From Alphaproteobacteria bacterium (lineage in GTDB: Bacteria; Pseudomonadota; Alphaproteobacteria; Bin95), in contig OZ224045.1 in assembly GCA_963665325.3 (NCBI GenBank), positions 256,001 to 320,000 on the forward strand: DNA of 64,000 bases, written 5' to 3'. Below, one piece after another: positions 1-9,046 of the stretch (positions are counted from its first letter, which is position 1; each line of letters starts with the position of its first letter). Below the pieces are notes generated by a model. The model did not search any database. It saw nothing but the letters and a program-made list of their open reading frames with translations, and was not told the DNA's origin. A program made the position numbers and the translations under genes.

Positions 1-2
1 TG

Positions 3-224
3 ATGGCCGCAGCAAGAGACTACGCGACCATCCTCAGGGACAGCGCGCCGCTCGTGCTGCGGACGGTCAAGCGTTTCGTGCGGGATACCGTGGTGGCGCG
101 AGGGCCGTCCGAGCTCCAGGCGCTGGCGCGGCGCGAATTGTTGTCGATCAGCCGCAGCGAAGACCAGAAGGAAGGCGGGCGCGCGTTCCGCGAGAAGCGC
201 AAGCCTGCCTTCAACGGCCGATGA
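3..224 (+). CDS. enoyl-CoA hydratase/isomerase family protein, C-terminal fragment (truncated by window edge)
   Basis: C-terminal crotonase motif SEDQKEGGRAFREKRKPAFNGR; stop overlaps next start (ATGA). Confidence 0.85.
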   Translation: MAAARDYATILRDSAPLVLRTVKRFVRDTVVARGPSELQALARRELLSISRSEDQKEGGRAFREKRKPAFNGR

Positions 225-1009
225 GCGCGGAGATCGTCTTCGAGGTCAGGGACAGGGTTGGCCTCATTCGGCTGAATCGGCCAGAAAAGCTCAATGCCTT
301 CACCAACCCGATGCTGGAGGACTGGCTGAGGGCGCTGGACGAGGCGGAGGCCCGCGAGGATGTGCGCTGCATCGTTATCACCGGCACGGGTCGCGGCTTC
401 ACCACCGGCGGCGATGTCTCGACGATGGGCGACGGCCGGGACAACAGCCCCCGAGCGACCAAGGACCGCATTTGGGAGACGATACAGGCAGTGCCCAAAC
501 GATTGGCGACAATGGACACGCCGACCATCGCCGCCGTCAATGGCGTCGCCACGGGCGGCGGGGTCGATGTCGCGCTCGCCTGCGATATTAGGGTCTGCGC
601 CGCCTCGGCGCGCTTCGCCGAGACCTATGCCCGGCTCGGCCTCATCCCCGGTGCTGGCGGGGCATACTTCCTGCCCCGCACCGTAGGCACGGCCCGTGCG
701 CTGGAGTTGCTCTGGACAGCCGAGTTCATCGATGCGGAGACGGCCGAGCGCATCGGGCTCGTCAACCATGTCTATCCCGACGAGAGCTTTCTCGATGACG
801 CGATGGCGCTTGCGGGGCGCATTGCCGCCGCTGCGCCGCTATCTGTGCGCTACATCAAGCGCACGGTCTATCGCTCGCTCGCGACCGACATGCTGACCAG
901 CTTCGACCTAGTGTCCTCGCACATGACCGTCGTGCGCTCGTCCGAGGACCATGTCGAGGCCGTCGCGGCCTTCCGCGAGAAGCGTGCGCCCGAGTTCAAG
1001 GGTCGGTGA
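221..1009 (+). CDS. enoyl-CoA hydratase/isomerase family protein
   Basis: LNRPEKLNA, FTTGGD, AAVNGVATGGG, GLIPGAGG, AFREKRAPEFKGR. Confidence 0.93.
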   Translation: MSAEIVFEVRDRVGLIRLNRPEKLNAFTNPMLEDWLRALDEAEAREDVRCIVITGTGRGFTTGGDVSTMGDGRDNSPRATKDRIWETIQAVPKRLATMDTPTIAAVNGVATGGGVDVALACDIRVCAASARFAETYARLGLIPGAGGAYFLPRTVGTARALELLWTAEFIDAETAERIGLVNHVYPDESFLDDAMALAGRIAAAAPLSVRYIKRTVYRSLATDMLTSFDLVSSHMTVVRSSEDHVEAVAAFREKRAPEFKGR

Positions 1010-1036
1010 CGGTCCTCGCATGCGGCCGCACCGAAA

Positions 1037-1072
1037 CATGACAATTCATGACATCCCATGACACCTCATGAC
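1037..1072 (+). repeat. four CATGAC direct repeats with exact 10-bp period
   Basis: catgacaatt catgacatcc catgacacct catgac at 1037, 1047, 1057, 1067; intergenic. Confidence 0.9.
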
Positions 1073-1150
1073 GCCTCTGCCCTTCCGGCGGTCTCCGGCG
1101 CGGGGCATATTGGCCCCTCCGGTTGCCGCTTCCATCAGGAGAACTGAACC

Positions 1151-1858
1151 TTGTCCAAGTTGACCGCAGAAGATCTCGCCGCGCTGCGCGCCCTCGACAC
1201 CCCCACGATCTGCAACGCGCTGGAGGTCGTGGCCGGCGGCCGGCTGAACACCGGCTTCACCGTCGAGCCGCTTGTCTGCCCGTTCCCAGACCTGCCGCCC
1301 ATCGTCGGCTATGCGCGCACCGGCACGATACGCTCGCAATTCCCGAGTGCCGTCGCGGGTGACGAGGCAACGAAGTTGCGCGTGGCCTATTACGACTATG
1401 TCGCCCATGGCGGTCCGACGCCGCAAATCGTGGTGCTGCAGGACCTGGACGGACCGAGGGCCGGGTTCGGCGCGTTCTGGGGCGAGGTCAACTCCAACAT
1501 CCACAAGGCGCTGGGGTGCCTCGGCGTCGTCACCGATGGCTGCATCCGCGACATCCCCGACTGGGCGGACGGGTTCCAGGCCATTGCCGGGTCGATCAAG
1601 CCTGCTCATGCCCATGTCCATGCCGTGGATTTCGGCGGGCAGGTGAGCGTGGCCGGCATGGTCGTCAACAGCGGCGACCTGGTGCATGCCGATCAACACG
1701 GCGCGGCGGTTATTCCCATCGACCAGGCCCGCGAGGTGCCGAAGGCGGCGGCCGAAGTCGCGGCGAAGGAAAAAATCGTGCTGGATGTCTGCCGCGGCGC
1801 CGGCTTCACCTTCGAGAAGCTGAAACGCGCCATGGTAGGCCCCGAGGACGTGCACTAA
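1151..1858 (+). CDS. RraA/HMG-aldolase family protein
   Basis: DTPTICNAL, GYART, AFWGEVNS, VTDGCIRD, GDLVHADQHG; TTG start after AGGAG. Confidence 0.88.
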   Translation: MSKLTAEDLAALRALDTPTICNALEVVAGGRLNTGFTVEPLVCPFPDLPPIVGYARTGTIRSQFPSAVAGDEATKLRVAYYDYVAHGGPTPQIVVLQDLDGPRAGFGAFWGEVNSNIHKALGCLGVVTDGCIRDIPDWADGFQAIAGSIKPAHAHVHAVDFGGQVSVAGMVVNSGDLVHADQHGAAVIPIDQAREVPKAAAEVAAKEKIVLDVCRGAGFTFEKLKRAMVGPEDVH

Positions 1859-1872
1859 GCGCGGCTGCCTTC

Positions 1873-2391
1873 ATGCGCCTGCCCCTCCTGCCCCTGGCCG
1901 CCATGACCGGGCTGGTCGCACTCTCCAATGTGCTCGTCCAGTATCCGCTCAGCGACTGGCTGACCTGGGGCGCGTTCACCTACCCCGTCTGCTTCCTGGT
2001 CACGGACCTGACCAACCGGATGCATGGCGCGGCGACGGCGCGGCGGGTCGTCTATATCGGCTTCGCCGCCGCCGTGGTCCTGTCCATCGTGCTGGCGACG
2101 CCGCGCATCGCCGTCGCCTCGGGCCTGGCGTTCCTGGTGGCCCAGCTTCTGGACGTCTCCATCTTCGACCGGATGCGGCGACGGATCTGGTGGCAGGCGC
2201 CGCTGGTCTCCTCGATGCTTGGCTCGGCAGTCGATACCGCGCTGTTCTTCTCCATTGCCTTCTACGGCACGGAACTGCCCTGGATAACGCTCGGGATCGG
2301 CGACTTCCTCTGGAAAGCCGCTTTCGCACTCGCCATGCTGATCCCGTTCCGGCTGTTCATGCCGATGACGGGCGGCCGGTTGGCTCAATAG
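1873..2391 (+). CDS. VUT family (YhhQ-like) queuosine precursor transporter
   Basis: Hydrophobic; SNVLVQYP, TWGAFTYPVCFLVTDLTNR, RIAVASGLAFLVAQLLD, DTALFFSIAF; start moved to ATG 1873. Confidence 0.85.
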   Translation: MRLPLLPLAAMTGLVALSNVLVQYPLSDWLTWGAFTYPVCFLVTDLTNRMHGAATARRVVYIGFAAAVVLSIVLATPRIAVASGLAFLVAQLLDVSIFDRMRRRIWWQAPLVSSMLGSAVDTALFFSIAFYGTELPWITLGIGDFLWKAAFALAMLIPFRLFMPMTGGRLAQ

Positions 2392-3140
2392 TTGGAGACG
2401 CCGCCCTCCGCCGGGATGACCGCGCCATTCACCATGCGCGACTCGTCCGACGCCAGGAAGAGCCCGATATTGGCGATGTCCTCCGGCTGCCCGATGCTGA
2501 AGGGATACTGGTTGAAGACGGCGAATTGCCCCTCGTTCACGCGTTCCCGGTCGGGCGGCAGGCGCGCGAGGATCCGTTCGGTCAGGATGAGGCCGGGGCA
2601 GATGACATTGGCGCGCACGCCGTCGTCGGAATAGGAGCCGGCGAGCGAGCGGGTGAAGGAGATCAGCCCGCCCTTCGCAGCCGAATAGACATGCGACGGG
2701 ACGAAGCCGCGCAGCGCCGCGACCGACGAGATGTTGATGACCGCGCCGCCGCCGCCCGCGATCATGTGGGGCACGACATGCCGGCACATCAGCATCGGCC
2801 CCTTGAGGTCGAGCGGGATCGTGCGGTCCCAGACTTCGAGATCGACCTCGTGGATCTTCGTGTCCTCGGGGACCGACCCGCCGGCGCAGTTGAACAGGAT
2901 GTCGATGCGTCCGAACGCGGCCATCGCCGCCGCCGCGCAGGCCGCAGCCGAGGCGTCGTCGGTCACATCGGTGCGGTGAAAGACGGCGCCGGTCTCGGCC
3001 GCCGTCGCGGAACCGGTCGCTTCGTCGATCTCGGCCGCCATCACCTTCGCGCCCTCGCGGATAAAGATACCGGTGGCCGCTTTGGCGATGCCGGTTCCCG
3101 CGCCGGTAATCACCGCGATCTTGCCTTCCAGGCGTCCCAT
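2385..3140 (-). CDS. SDR family oxidoreductase
   Basis: TGAGTGIA, NCAG, YSAAKGG, VRANVICPG. Confidence 0.93.
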   Translation of the reverse strand: MGRLEGKIAVITGAGTGIAKAATGIFIREGAKVMAAEIDEATGSATAAETGAVFHRTDVTDDASAAACAAAAMAAFGRIDILFNCAGGSVPEDTKIHEVDLEVWDRTIPLDLKGPMLMCRHVVPHMIAGGGGAVINISSVAALRGFVPSHVYSAAKGGLISFTRSLAGSYSDDGVRANVICPGLILTERILARLPPDRERVNEGQFAVFNQYPFSIGQPEDIANIGLFLASDESRMVNGAVIPAEGGVSNY

Positions 3141-3152
3141 GTGTTGCGCTCC

Positions 3153-3911
3153 TCAATAAGCGGAGATACCGCCCTCGGCAGGGATCACCGCACCGTTCAC
3201 CATGCGCGACTCGTCGGATGCAAGGAAGAGCCCGATATTGGCAATGTCCTCCGGCTGGCCGACGCCGAATGGATAGCTCTCGAATGTGGAGACCGACCCC
3301 TCGCGCGGCCGCTCCTCGTTCGGCTGGCGGTAGCGGGCGCGGATGCGCTCGGTCAGGATAAGGCCGGGGCAGATGACATTGGCGCGCACGCCTTCGTCGG
3401 AATAGGAGCCGGCGAGCGAGCGGGTGAAGGAAATCAAGCCACCCTTTGCAGCCGAATAGATGTGCGCCGGATGGTTGCCGCGCAACGCTACGACCGAGGA
3501 AATATTGATGACGGCCCCGCCGCCGCCCGCGACCATGTGAGGCACGACATGACGGCACATCAGCATCGGCCCCTTGAGGTCGAGCGGGATCGTGCGGTCC
3601 CAGACCTCGAGATCGACCTCGTGGATCTTCGTGTCCTCGACGACCGATCCGCCGGCGCAGTTGAACAGGATGTCGATGCGCCCGAACTCCGCCATTGCCG
3701 CCGCCGCACAGGCCGCCGCCGAGACATCGTCGGTCACGTCGGTGCGGTGGAACGCAGCCCCGGCGTCCGCCGCCGTTGCGGCTCCGGCCGCCTCGTCAAT
3801 CTCGGCCACCATCACCTTCGCCCCCTCGCGGATGAAGATTCCGGTAGCCACTCTTGCGATCCCGGACCCGGCGCCGGTAATGATTGCGACCTTCCCTTCG
3901 AGGCGTCCCAT
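3153..3911 (-). CDS. SDR family oxidoreductase (tandem paralogue)
   Basis: MGRLEGK start at 3911; TGAGSGIA, YSAAKGG; near-identical to 2385-3140. Confidence 0.93.
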   Translation of the reverse strand: MGRLEGKVAIITGAGSGIARVATGIFIREGAKVMVAEIDEAAGAATAADAGAAFHRTDVTDDVSAAACAAAAMAEFGRIDILFNCAGGSVVEDTKIHEVDLEVWDRTIPLDLKGPMLMCRHVVPHMVAGGGGAVINISSVVALRGNHPAHIYSAAKGGLISFTRSLAGSYSDEGVRANVICPGLILTERIRARYRQPNEERPREGSVSTFESYPFGVGQPEDIANIGLFLASDESRMVNGAVIPAEGGISAY

Positions 3912-3951
3912 CTCTTGCCTTCCTTCCGATCCCGGCGCTAGGGTCGCGCCC

Positions 3952-5598
3952 ATGGCACAAGAGCTTATCAATCCCTGCGGCATCTACCAGCGCAATAGCG
4001 GCGCGCTGGCGCCGCGCCGCTCTCTGGAGGACGTCAAGGTCGTCGGCCTGTTCTCCAATCTCAAGGCCAATGCGGACCGCTATCTGGAAGAGTTGTCGGA
4101 GCGGCTGAAGGCCCGCTATCCGCATCTGGAGTTCGAACTCTTCCAGAAGATCGCGAGCGAGCCCGCCAACTTTTCCCAGCATTGGCTCGACCGGGTCCAC
4201 GCGGTGGCCGCAGCTTTCGGGGACTGAGGCTCCTGCACGTCGTGGTGTATCCATGACGCGATCAAGCTTGAAGAGCGCGGCATTCCCGTAGCCGTCACCT
4301 GCACGGACGAGTTTTTCGCCCTTGGCAAGGCGGAGGCCGAATGCCTCGGCATGGCCGGCCTGCCGATTGCCGTCGTACCGCATCCGGTGGCGAAACTGCC
4401 TCCGGCCGGTGTGGCGGAGATCGCCGACGAGGTGATAGACCAGATTGTCCATATGCTGGAGGCCGAGGCCGGCGAACTGGCGGAGGAGTGCCGCAACCGC
4501 CCGCTGCCGAAACGCGGGCGAATGCGCTATCGCTCGCTGTTCGAGGGCGATTTCAACGCGCCCGGTGCGCCGGAACGGATTTCCGGCCCCGACTCGCCGG
4601 AGGCGTTGAACCGCGTCTTCTACCAGCGCGGCTGGACGGACGGCCTGCCTTTCGTGGCGCCGACGCCCGACCGCTGGGATGCCATGCTGGGCGGACACGA
4701 TCCCGAAGAGGAAATTGGCTTCATCGAACCGCGCCTTGGTCTTGCGACGGTCGGAAAGGTCGCCGCCAACGCCGTGATGGCCGGGGCGACGCCGGCCATG
4801 ATGCCGACGATCCTGGCCGCAACCCGCGCCATGACCGCCGAGCGGCTGAACCTGAAGGCGCTACAATCGACGACTCATCCTTGCGGCCTGCTGACCGTTG
4901 TACACGGGCCGATGGTGGAGGAACTTGACGTTGCATCGGGTACCAATTGCATGGGTCAAGGTGCCCATGCCAATGCCGCGATCGGACGTGCTGTCCGGCT
5001 GGTGTTGAACAATATTGGGGGCGCGCAGCCTGCCGTCCTCGACCGTGCCACAATGGGAACGCCCGCCAAATACAGCTACTGCTTCGCGGAGAACTTGGAA
5101 GCCAATCCCTGGGCCGCCTTCCATACGGAGCGCGGCTTCGATGCAGAGCAGAATGCCGTCACACTCGGCGGCGTCGAGGGGCCGCACAATGTCAACGACC
5201 ACTACAGCGAAACGGCGGAAGACGTTCTGTTGACGATCTGCGGCACCATGGCCACACCCGGCTGCAACAACTCCTACTTCCACGGCGAATACCTGGTCGT
5301 GATCGGCCCCGAACATGCCGAGGTCATCGCGCGCGAGGGCTGGTCGAAGGAGGATGTCGAGCGCTTTATCATCGAGCGGGCGATCATTCCGCGCTGGCAT
5401 ATCGGTAAGGCGCAGATGGCGCTCTATCGCCAGCAGGTCCCGGAACGGTTCGTCGGCCCAGACGGTCGGGACGGTGTGCGCATCGTGAGCGAGCGGGAGC
5501 AACTCATGGTCATGGTCGCCGGCGGGGCCGGACGCCATTCCTGCGTCATCCCGTCCTTCGGGAGCACGCTCTCCGTCACCGAGGCGATCCGCGACTAG
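3952..5598 (+). CDS. UGSC-family selenoprotein (Sec at TGA 4225-4227) fused to a large C-terminal domain of unknown function, ~548 aa
   Basis: ORFs 3574-4227 and 4351-5598 share a frame with no other stop between them; readthrough gives [26 protein letters not shown]; SECIS-like hairpin follows. Confidence 0.85.
4238..4258 (+). promoter_or_regulatory. putative bacterial SECIS element
   Basis: Stem CGUCGUGG/CCAUGACG (one G-U), loop UGUAU starting 18 nt after the UGA, with G at loop position 2 followed by U. Confidence 0.7.
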
Positions 5599-5602
5599 CC
5601 GC

Positions 5603-6583
5603 TCATCCGCGCAGGTCCGTGAGCAGCGGCATGACGTTGCTGGCGAAGCGTTCGATCTGCTCCGAGCGCCGGTCGTAGGGACCTACGAGATCGACCACGA
5701 CATGCTTGGCGCCCGCCCGATGGAAATCGCGGATGCGCTCGGCCACCTGCTCGCCGGTTCCGAGCGCCGCATAGCGCGCGGCTGCCTTGCGAAAGTCCAT
5801 GGCATAGCGTCGCGACAGCGACTCGGTCGCGATATCGAGTGCGCGCTCATAGCTGTCGTCGATGCGTGCGAACAGTAGATGGCCGGTGCCGAACGGCACC
5901 TCGCCGCGTCCTGCCGCCTCGGCCGCCTGCCCTATTTGGTCCAGCGCCCGCGCGAACATATCGGGCGTCACCACATAAGAGACATAGCCATTCGCGAGCC
6001 GGCCCGCGCGCCGCAAAGCTGGCGGACGCCGTCCGCCGCACCAGATCGGCGGGCCGCCCGGTTGCCTCGGCGGCGGCAGCATCGGCACATCCTCGAAGGA
6101 GAAATAGCGGCCGGAGTAGCTTGCCGGCCTGCCCGACCAGAGCGCGCGAATCGCTTCGATGCACTCGGTCAAGCGGCGCCCGCGCTCCTCGCGAGGCACG
6201 CCGCATACCTCGTATTCCTTGGGGAACTCACCGCCGACACCGACGCCGAAGATAAACCGCCCCTCCGTCAGGTGGTCGAGCGTAGCGGTCATCTTCGCGA
6301 CCGGGCCCGGATGGCGAAGGGGCAGGAGATAGAAGCCCGTACCGAAGACCAGTCGCCGGCTCGCCACTGCCGCCTGAGCAATCATGAGCAAGGGATCGAG
6401 GAAGGGGATCGCGAAGGAGACATGGTCGCCCAACCAGATCTCGTCGAAGCCCTTCGCGTCCACGTCCTCGACAAACGACACCAGGTCATCGATCCGCGGC
6501 TGCCACGGGCCGGTCGGCGAGTCGCCCTCACGGTGGATCGTCTGGATTCCGAGTTTCAGTCCCTCTTCGAGCCGGAGCGCCAT
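5603..6583 (-). CDS. LLM class flavin-dependent oxidoreductase
   Basis: IWLGDH, LRHPGPVAKMTATLDHLTEGRFIFGVGVG, PPIWCGG. Confidence 0.9.
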   Translation of the reverse strand: MALRLEEGLKLGIQTIHREGDSPTGPWQPRIDDLVSFVEDVDAKGFDEIWLGDHVSFAIPFLDPLLMIAQAAVASRRLVFGTGFYLLPLRHPGPVAKMTATLDHLTEGRFIFGVGVGGEFPKEYEVCGVPREERGRRLTECIEAIRALWSGRPASYSGRYFSFEDVPMLPPPRQPGGPPIWCGGRRPPALRRAGRLANGYVSYVVTPDMFARALDQIGQAAEAAGRGEVPFGTGHLLFARIDDSYERALDIATESLSRRYAMDFRKAAARYAALGTGEQVAERIRDFHRAGAKHVVVDLVGPYDRRSEQIERFASNVMPLLTDLRG

Positions 6584-6650
6584 GCGCCTCCCTCCCCCGT
6601 GGCTGGCGTTTTGGGGTATAGAGCGTCATCCGCAGGGGAGACGCAATGCG

Positions 6651-7973
6651 ATGAACGGGTTTGCATCGCTGGTGGACGACCGTGCCGGCGAGGGCGTCTT
6701 TCGGGTGGACCGGGCGGTCTATACCGACCCGGACGTCTTTGCCGCCGAGATCGAGGCGATCTTCGAGGGCAACTGGATTTATCTCGCGCATGAGAGCCAG
6801 ATCGCGGCGCCGGGCGACTACCTTGCCGTCTGGATGGGCCGCCAGCCGGTGATCGTCAACCGGCGGGCTGACGGCTCTGTTGGCGCCATGCTGAACGCCT
6901 GCGCCCATCGCGGCGCCCGCCTGACGCCCACCCGGCAGGGCAAGGCGACGACCTTCGTGTGCCGCTATCACGGCTGGTGCTACGATACCTTCGGCGCCTG
7001 CACGAAGATCAAGGACGAGCGCACCTCTGCATTGCCGCCCGGCGCATCGCGCGCGGATTTCGGTCTCAAGACGGTGCCATTGGTCGAGAGCTATAAGGGC
7101 TTTGTCTTCGGCTCGCTCAAACCGGACGCGCCGCCGCTCGCCGAACATCTGGGCGAGGCGCTCCCGGTCATCGACCTGCTCGCGGACCAGTCGCCCGACG
7201 GCATGGAGGTTGTTCCGGGGCAGGCAAGCTATGTCGTGGACGGGAACTGGAAGCTCCAGACCGAAAACGGCGTGGACGGTTACCACGTCTCCACCGTGCA
7301 CCGGAACTTCGTCACCACCATCCAGCGCCGCGATCTGAAATCGCAGGCAAGCGGTACTAAGCGGACGGACAACAGCCGCTTCATGGGCGCGACCCGCAAT
7401 GGCTGTTACGACCTCGGCAATGGCCACAACCTGATATGGACCGAACGTGGGATGCCGGAATCGGCACCGCTCTGGGAGGCGAAGGACCGTTTGCTGCCGC
7501 TTGTCGGCGAACGCAAATGGACATGGATGTGCGCGCGGGGCCGTAACCTGCTGCTCTTTCCCAATGTGTTTCTCATGGATCAGTCCTCAACGCAGATTCG
7601 CGTGATCCGTCCGCTGTCGCCGAGCCGCACCGAAATCACGGTCTATTGCATCGCGCCGAAGGGAGAGAGTCGAGCGGCGCGCACGGCGCGGATGGCGAAG
7701 TTCCGTGACTTCTTCCTGATGAGCGGGTTGGCGACGCCCGACGATTCGGCAGCGCTGGAAGATACGCAAGCTGGCTGCGAAGGCCGTCTGGACCGCTGGA
7801 ACGACCTCTCGCGCGGGCTCTCCGCGATGTGCGACGGCGGCGACGATGCGGCCAGCGACCTCGGCATCCACCCGGTTTCCAGCAGCCCGCGCTGGGACCA
7901 CGAAACGCTCTATCACGGGCAGTATCGCCAATGGCGCCGCCTTATGGCGCGTGCTGACAGGACTGCCGCGTGA
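6651..7973 (+). CDS. Rieske aromatic ring-hydroxylating dioxygenase alpha subunit (BenA/AntA-like)
   Basis: Rieske CAH...CRYHGW; mononuclear Fe motif NWKLQTENGVDGYHVSTVH; ATPDD; start ATG 6651. Confidence 0.92.
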   Translation: MNGFASLVDDRAGEGVFRVDRAVYTDPDVFAAEIEAIFEGNWIYLAHESQIAAPGDYLAVWMGRQPVIVNRRADGSVGAMLNACAHRGARLTPTRQGKATTFVCRYHGWCYDTFGACTKIKDERTSALPPGASRADFGLKTVPLVESYKGFVFGSLKPDAPPLAEHLGEALPVIDLLADQSPDGMEVVPGQASYVVDGNWKLQTENGVDGYHVSTVHRNFVTTIQRRDLKSQASGTKRTDNSRFMGATRNGCYDLGNGHNLIWTERGMPESAPLWEAKDRLLPLVGERKWTWMCARGRNLLLFPNVFLMDQSSTQIRVIRPLSPSRTEITVYCIAPKGESRAARTARMAKFRDFFLMSGLATPDDSAALEDTQAGCEGRLDRWNDLSRGLSAMCDGGDDAASDLGIHPVSSSPRWDHETLYHGQYRQWRRLMARADRTAA

Positions 7974-8470
7974 AGATCGACCCGGAACTGCAACTCGCCA
8001 TCGAGCGGGTCATCCATCTCGACGCATGGCTTCTGGATGAACGCCGCTTCGAGGACTGGCTGGCGCTGTTCACCGAAGACGTGACGTTCTGGGTTCCCGC
8101 CTGGACCGGCGAGGAAACTCTGGCGCGCGATCCCGAGACCGAGCTTGCGCTCATCTATATCCGGGGCAAGGCGGGGCTCGACGACCGCGTGTTCCGCATC
8201 GGCACGCGGGATAGCTACGCCTCTCTTCCCTTGCCGCGCTCGTGCCATGTGGTGGGCAATGTGCTGATCGTTTCGGCCGACGCCGGGGAAGTCGAAGCCG
8301 TCGCCTCCTGGACGGTGCATCAATATGCCTCGCTCAAGGGCGCGCGCGTGCATGGCGGGCGCTACCGCTATCGGCTCCGTCTCGAAGACGGCGAATGGCG
8401 GATCGCCGCCAAGACCGTGACCTTTCTGAACGACGGGATCGATGTAGCCTTGGATATCTACAATGTCTGA
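7970..8470 (+). CDS. aromatic ring-hydroxylating dioxygenase beta subunit (BenB-like)
   Basis: AWLLDERRFEDWLALF, GLDDRVFRI, C-terminal LDIYNV; GTGA overlap with alpha subunit. Confidence 0.9.
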   Translation: MKIDPELQLAIERVIHLDAWLLDERRFEDWLALFTEDVTFWVPAWTGEETLARDPETELALIYIRGKAGLDDRVFRIGTRDSYASLPLPRSCHVVGNVLIVSADAGEVEAVASWTVHQYASLKGARVHGGRYRYRLRLEDGEWRIAAKTVTFLNDGIDVALDIYNV

Positions 8471-9035
8471 ACCGAACACGGCGCCGAAGGGCCTCCGTTT
8501 TGCAGTGGATTACGGCCCGCTACTGGTCTTCTTCGTCACCTATTACGCCGCGGGCATCATGTGGGCGACGGCGGCGATCATGGCGGCCACCACGATCATG
8601 CTGGGTTTCTCCTGGTACTTCGAGCGGCGGTTGGCTCCGCTGCCTCTGGTGACAGCGGGCATCGTTGCAGTGTTCGGCGGGCTGACGCTGGTGTTTGCGG
8701 ACGAGACTTTCATCAAGATGAAGCCGACCATCGTGAAGGCCCTCATGGCAGCGGTCCTGCTGGGAGGCCTCGCATTCGGCAAGCCACTGCTGAAATACGT
8801 CTTCGCCGCCGTCTGGAAGATCGACGACCGGGGCTGGCGGACGCTGACGCTGCGATTCGGGTTGTTTTTTCTCGCAATGGCGGTGCTGAACGAGATCGTC
8901 TGGCGCACGCAGTCCACCGATTTCTGGGTCAACTACAAGCTGTTCGGCACGATCGGCCTGACATTCGCCTTTTCGCTGACGCAGATACCGGTCTTCCGCC
9001 GCCACTGGGTCGAAGAACCGGCGGAAAGCGCGTAG
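8463..9035 (+). CDS. ispZ: intracellular septation protein A (YciB/IspZ)
   Basis: DYGPLLVFF, FGGLTL, ETFIKMKPTI, LNEIVWR, FWVNYKLFG. Confidence 0.9.
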   Translation: MSEPNTAPKGLRFAVDYGPLLVFFVTYYAAGIMWATAAIMAATTIMLGFSWYFERRLAPLPLVTAGIVAVFGGLTLVFADETFIKMKPTIVKALMAAVLLGGLAFGKPLLKYVFAAVWKIDDRGWRTLTLRFGLFFLAMAVLNEIVWRTQSTDFWVNYKLFGTIGLTFAFSLTQIPVFRRHWVEEPAESA

Positions 9036-9046
9036 CCCCTCCCGTC

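Noticed and set aside
1858-1873. preQ1 riboswitch ahead of the VUT transporter
   Set aside because: Only 14 bp of intergenic space and no motif
3952-4350. Treating the TGA-split genes (here and at 25931) as pseudogenes or as two separate genes
   Set aside because: The TGA falls in a UxxC motif, the frame continues without disruption, and a SECIS-like hairpin follows in both cases
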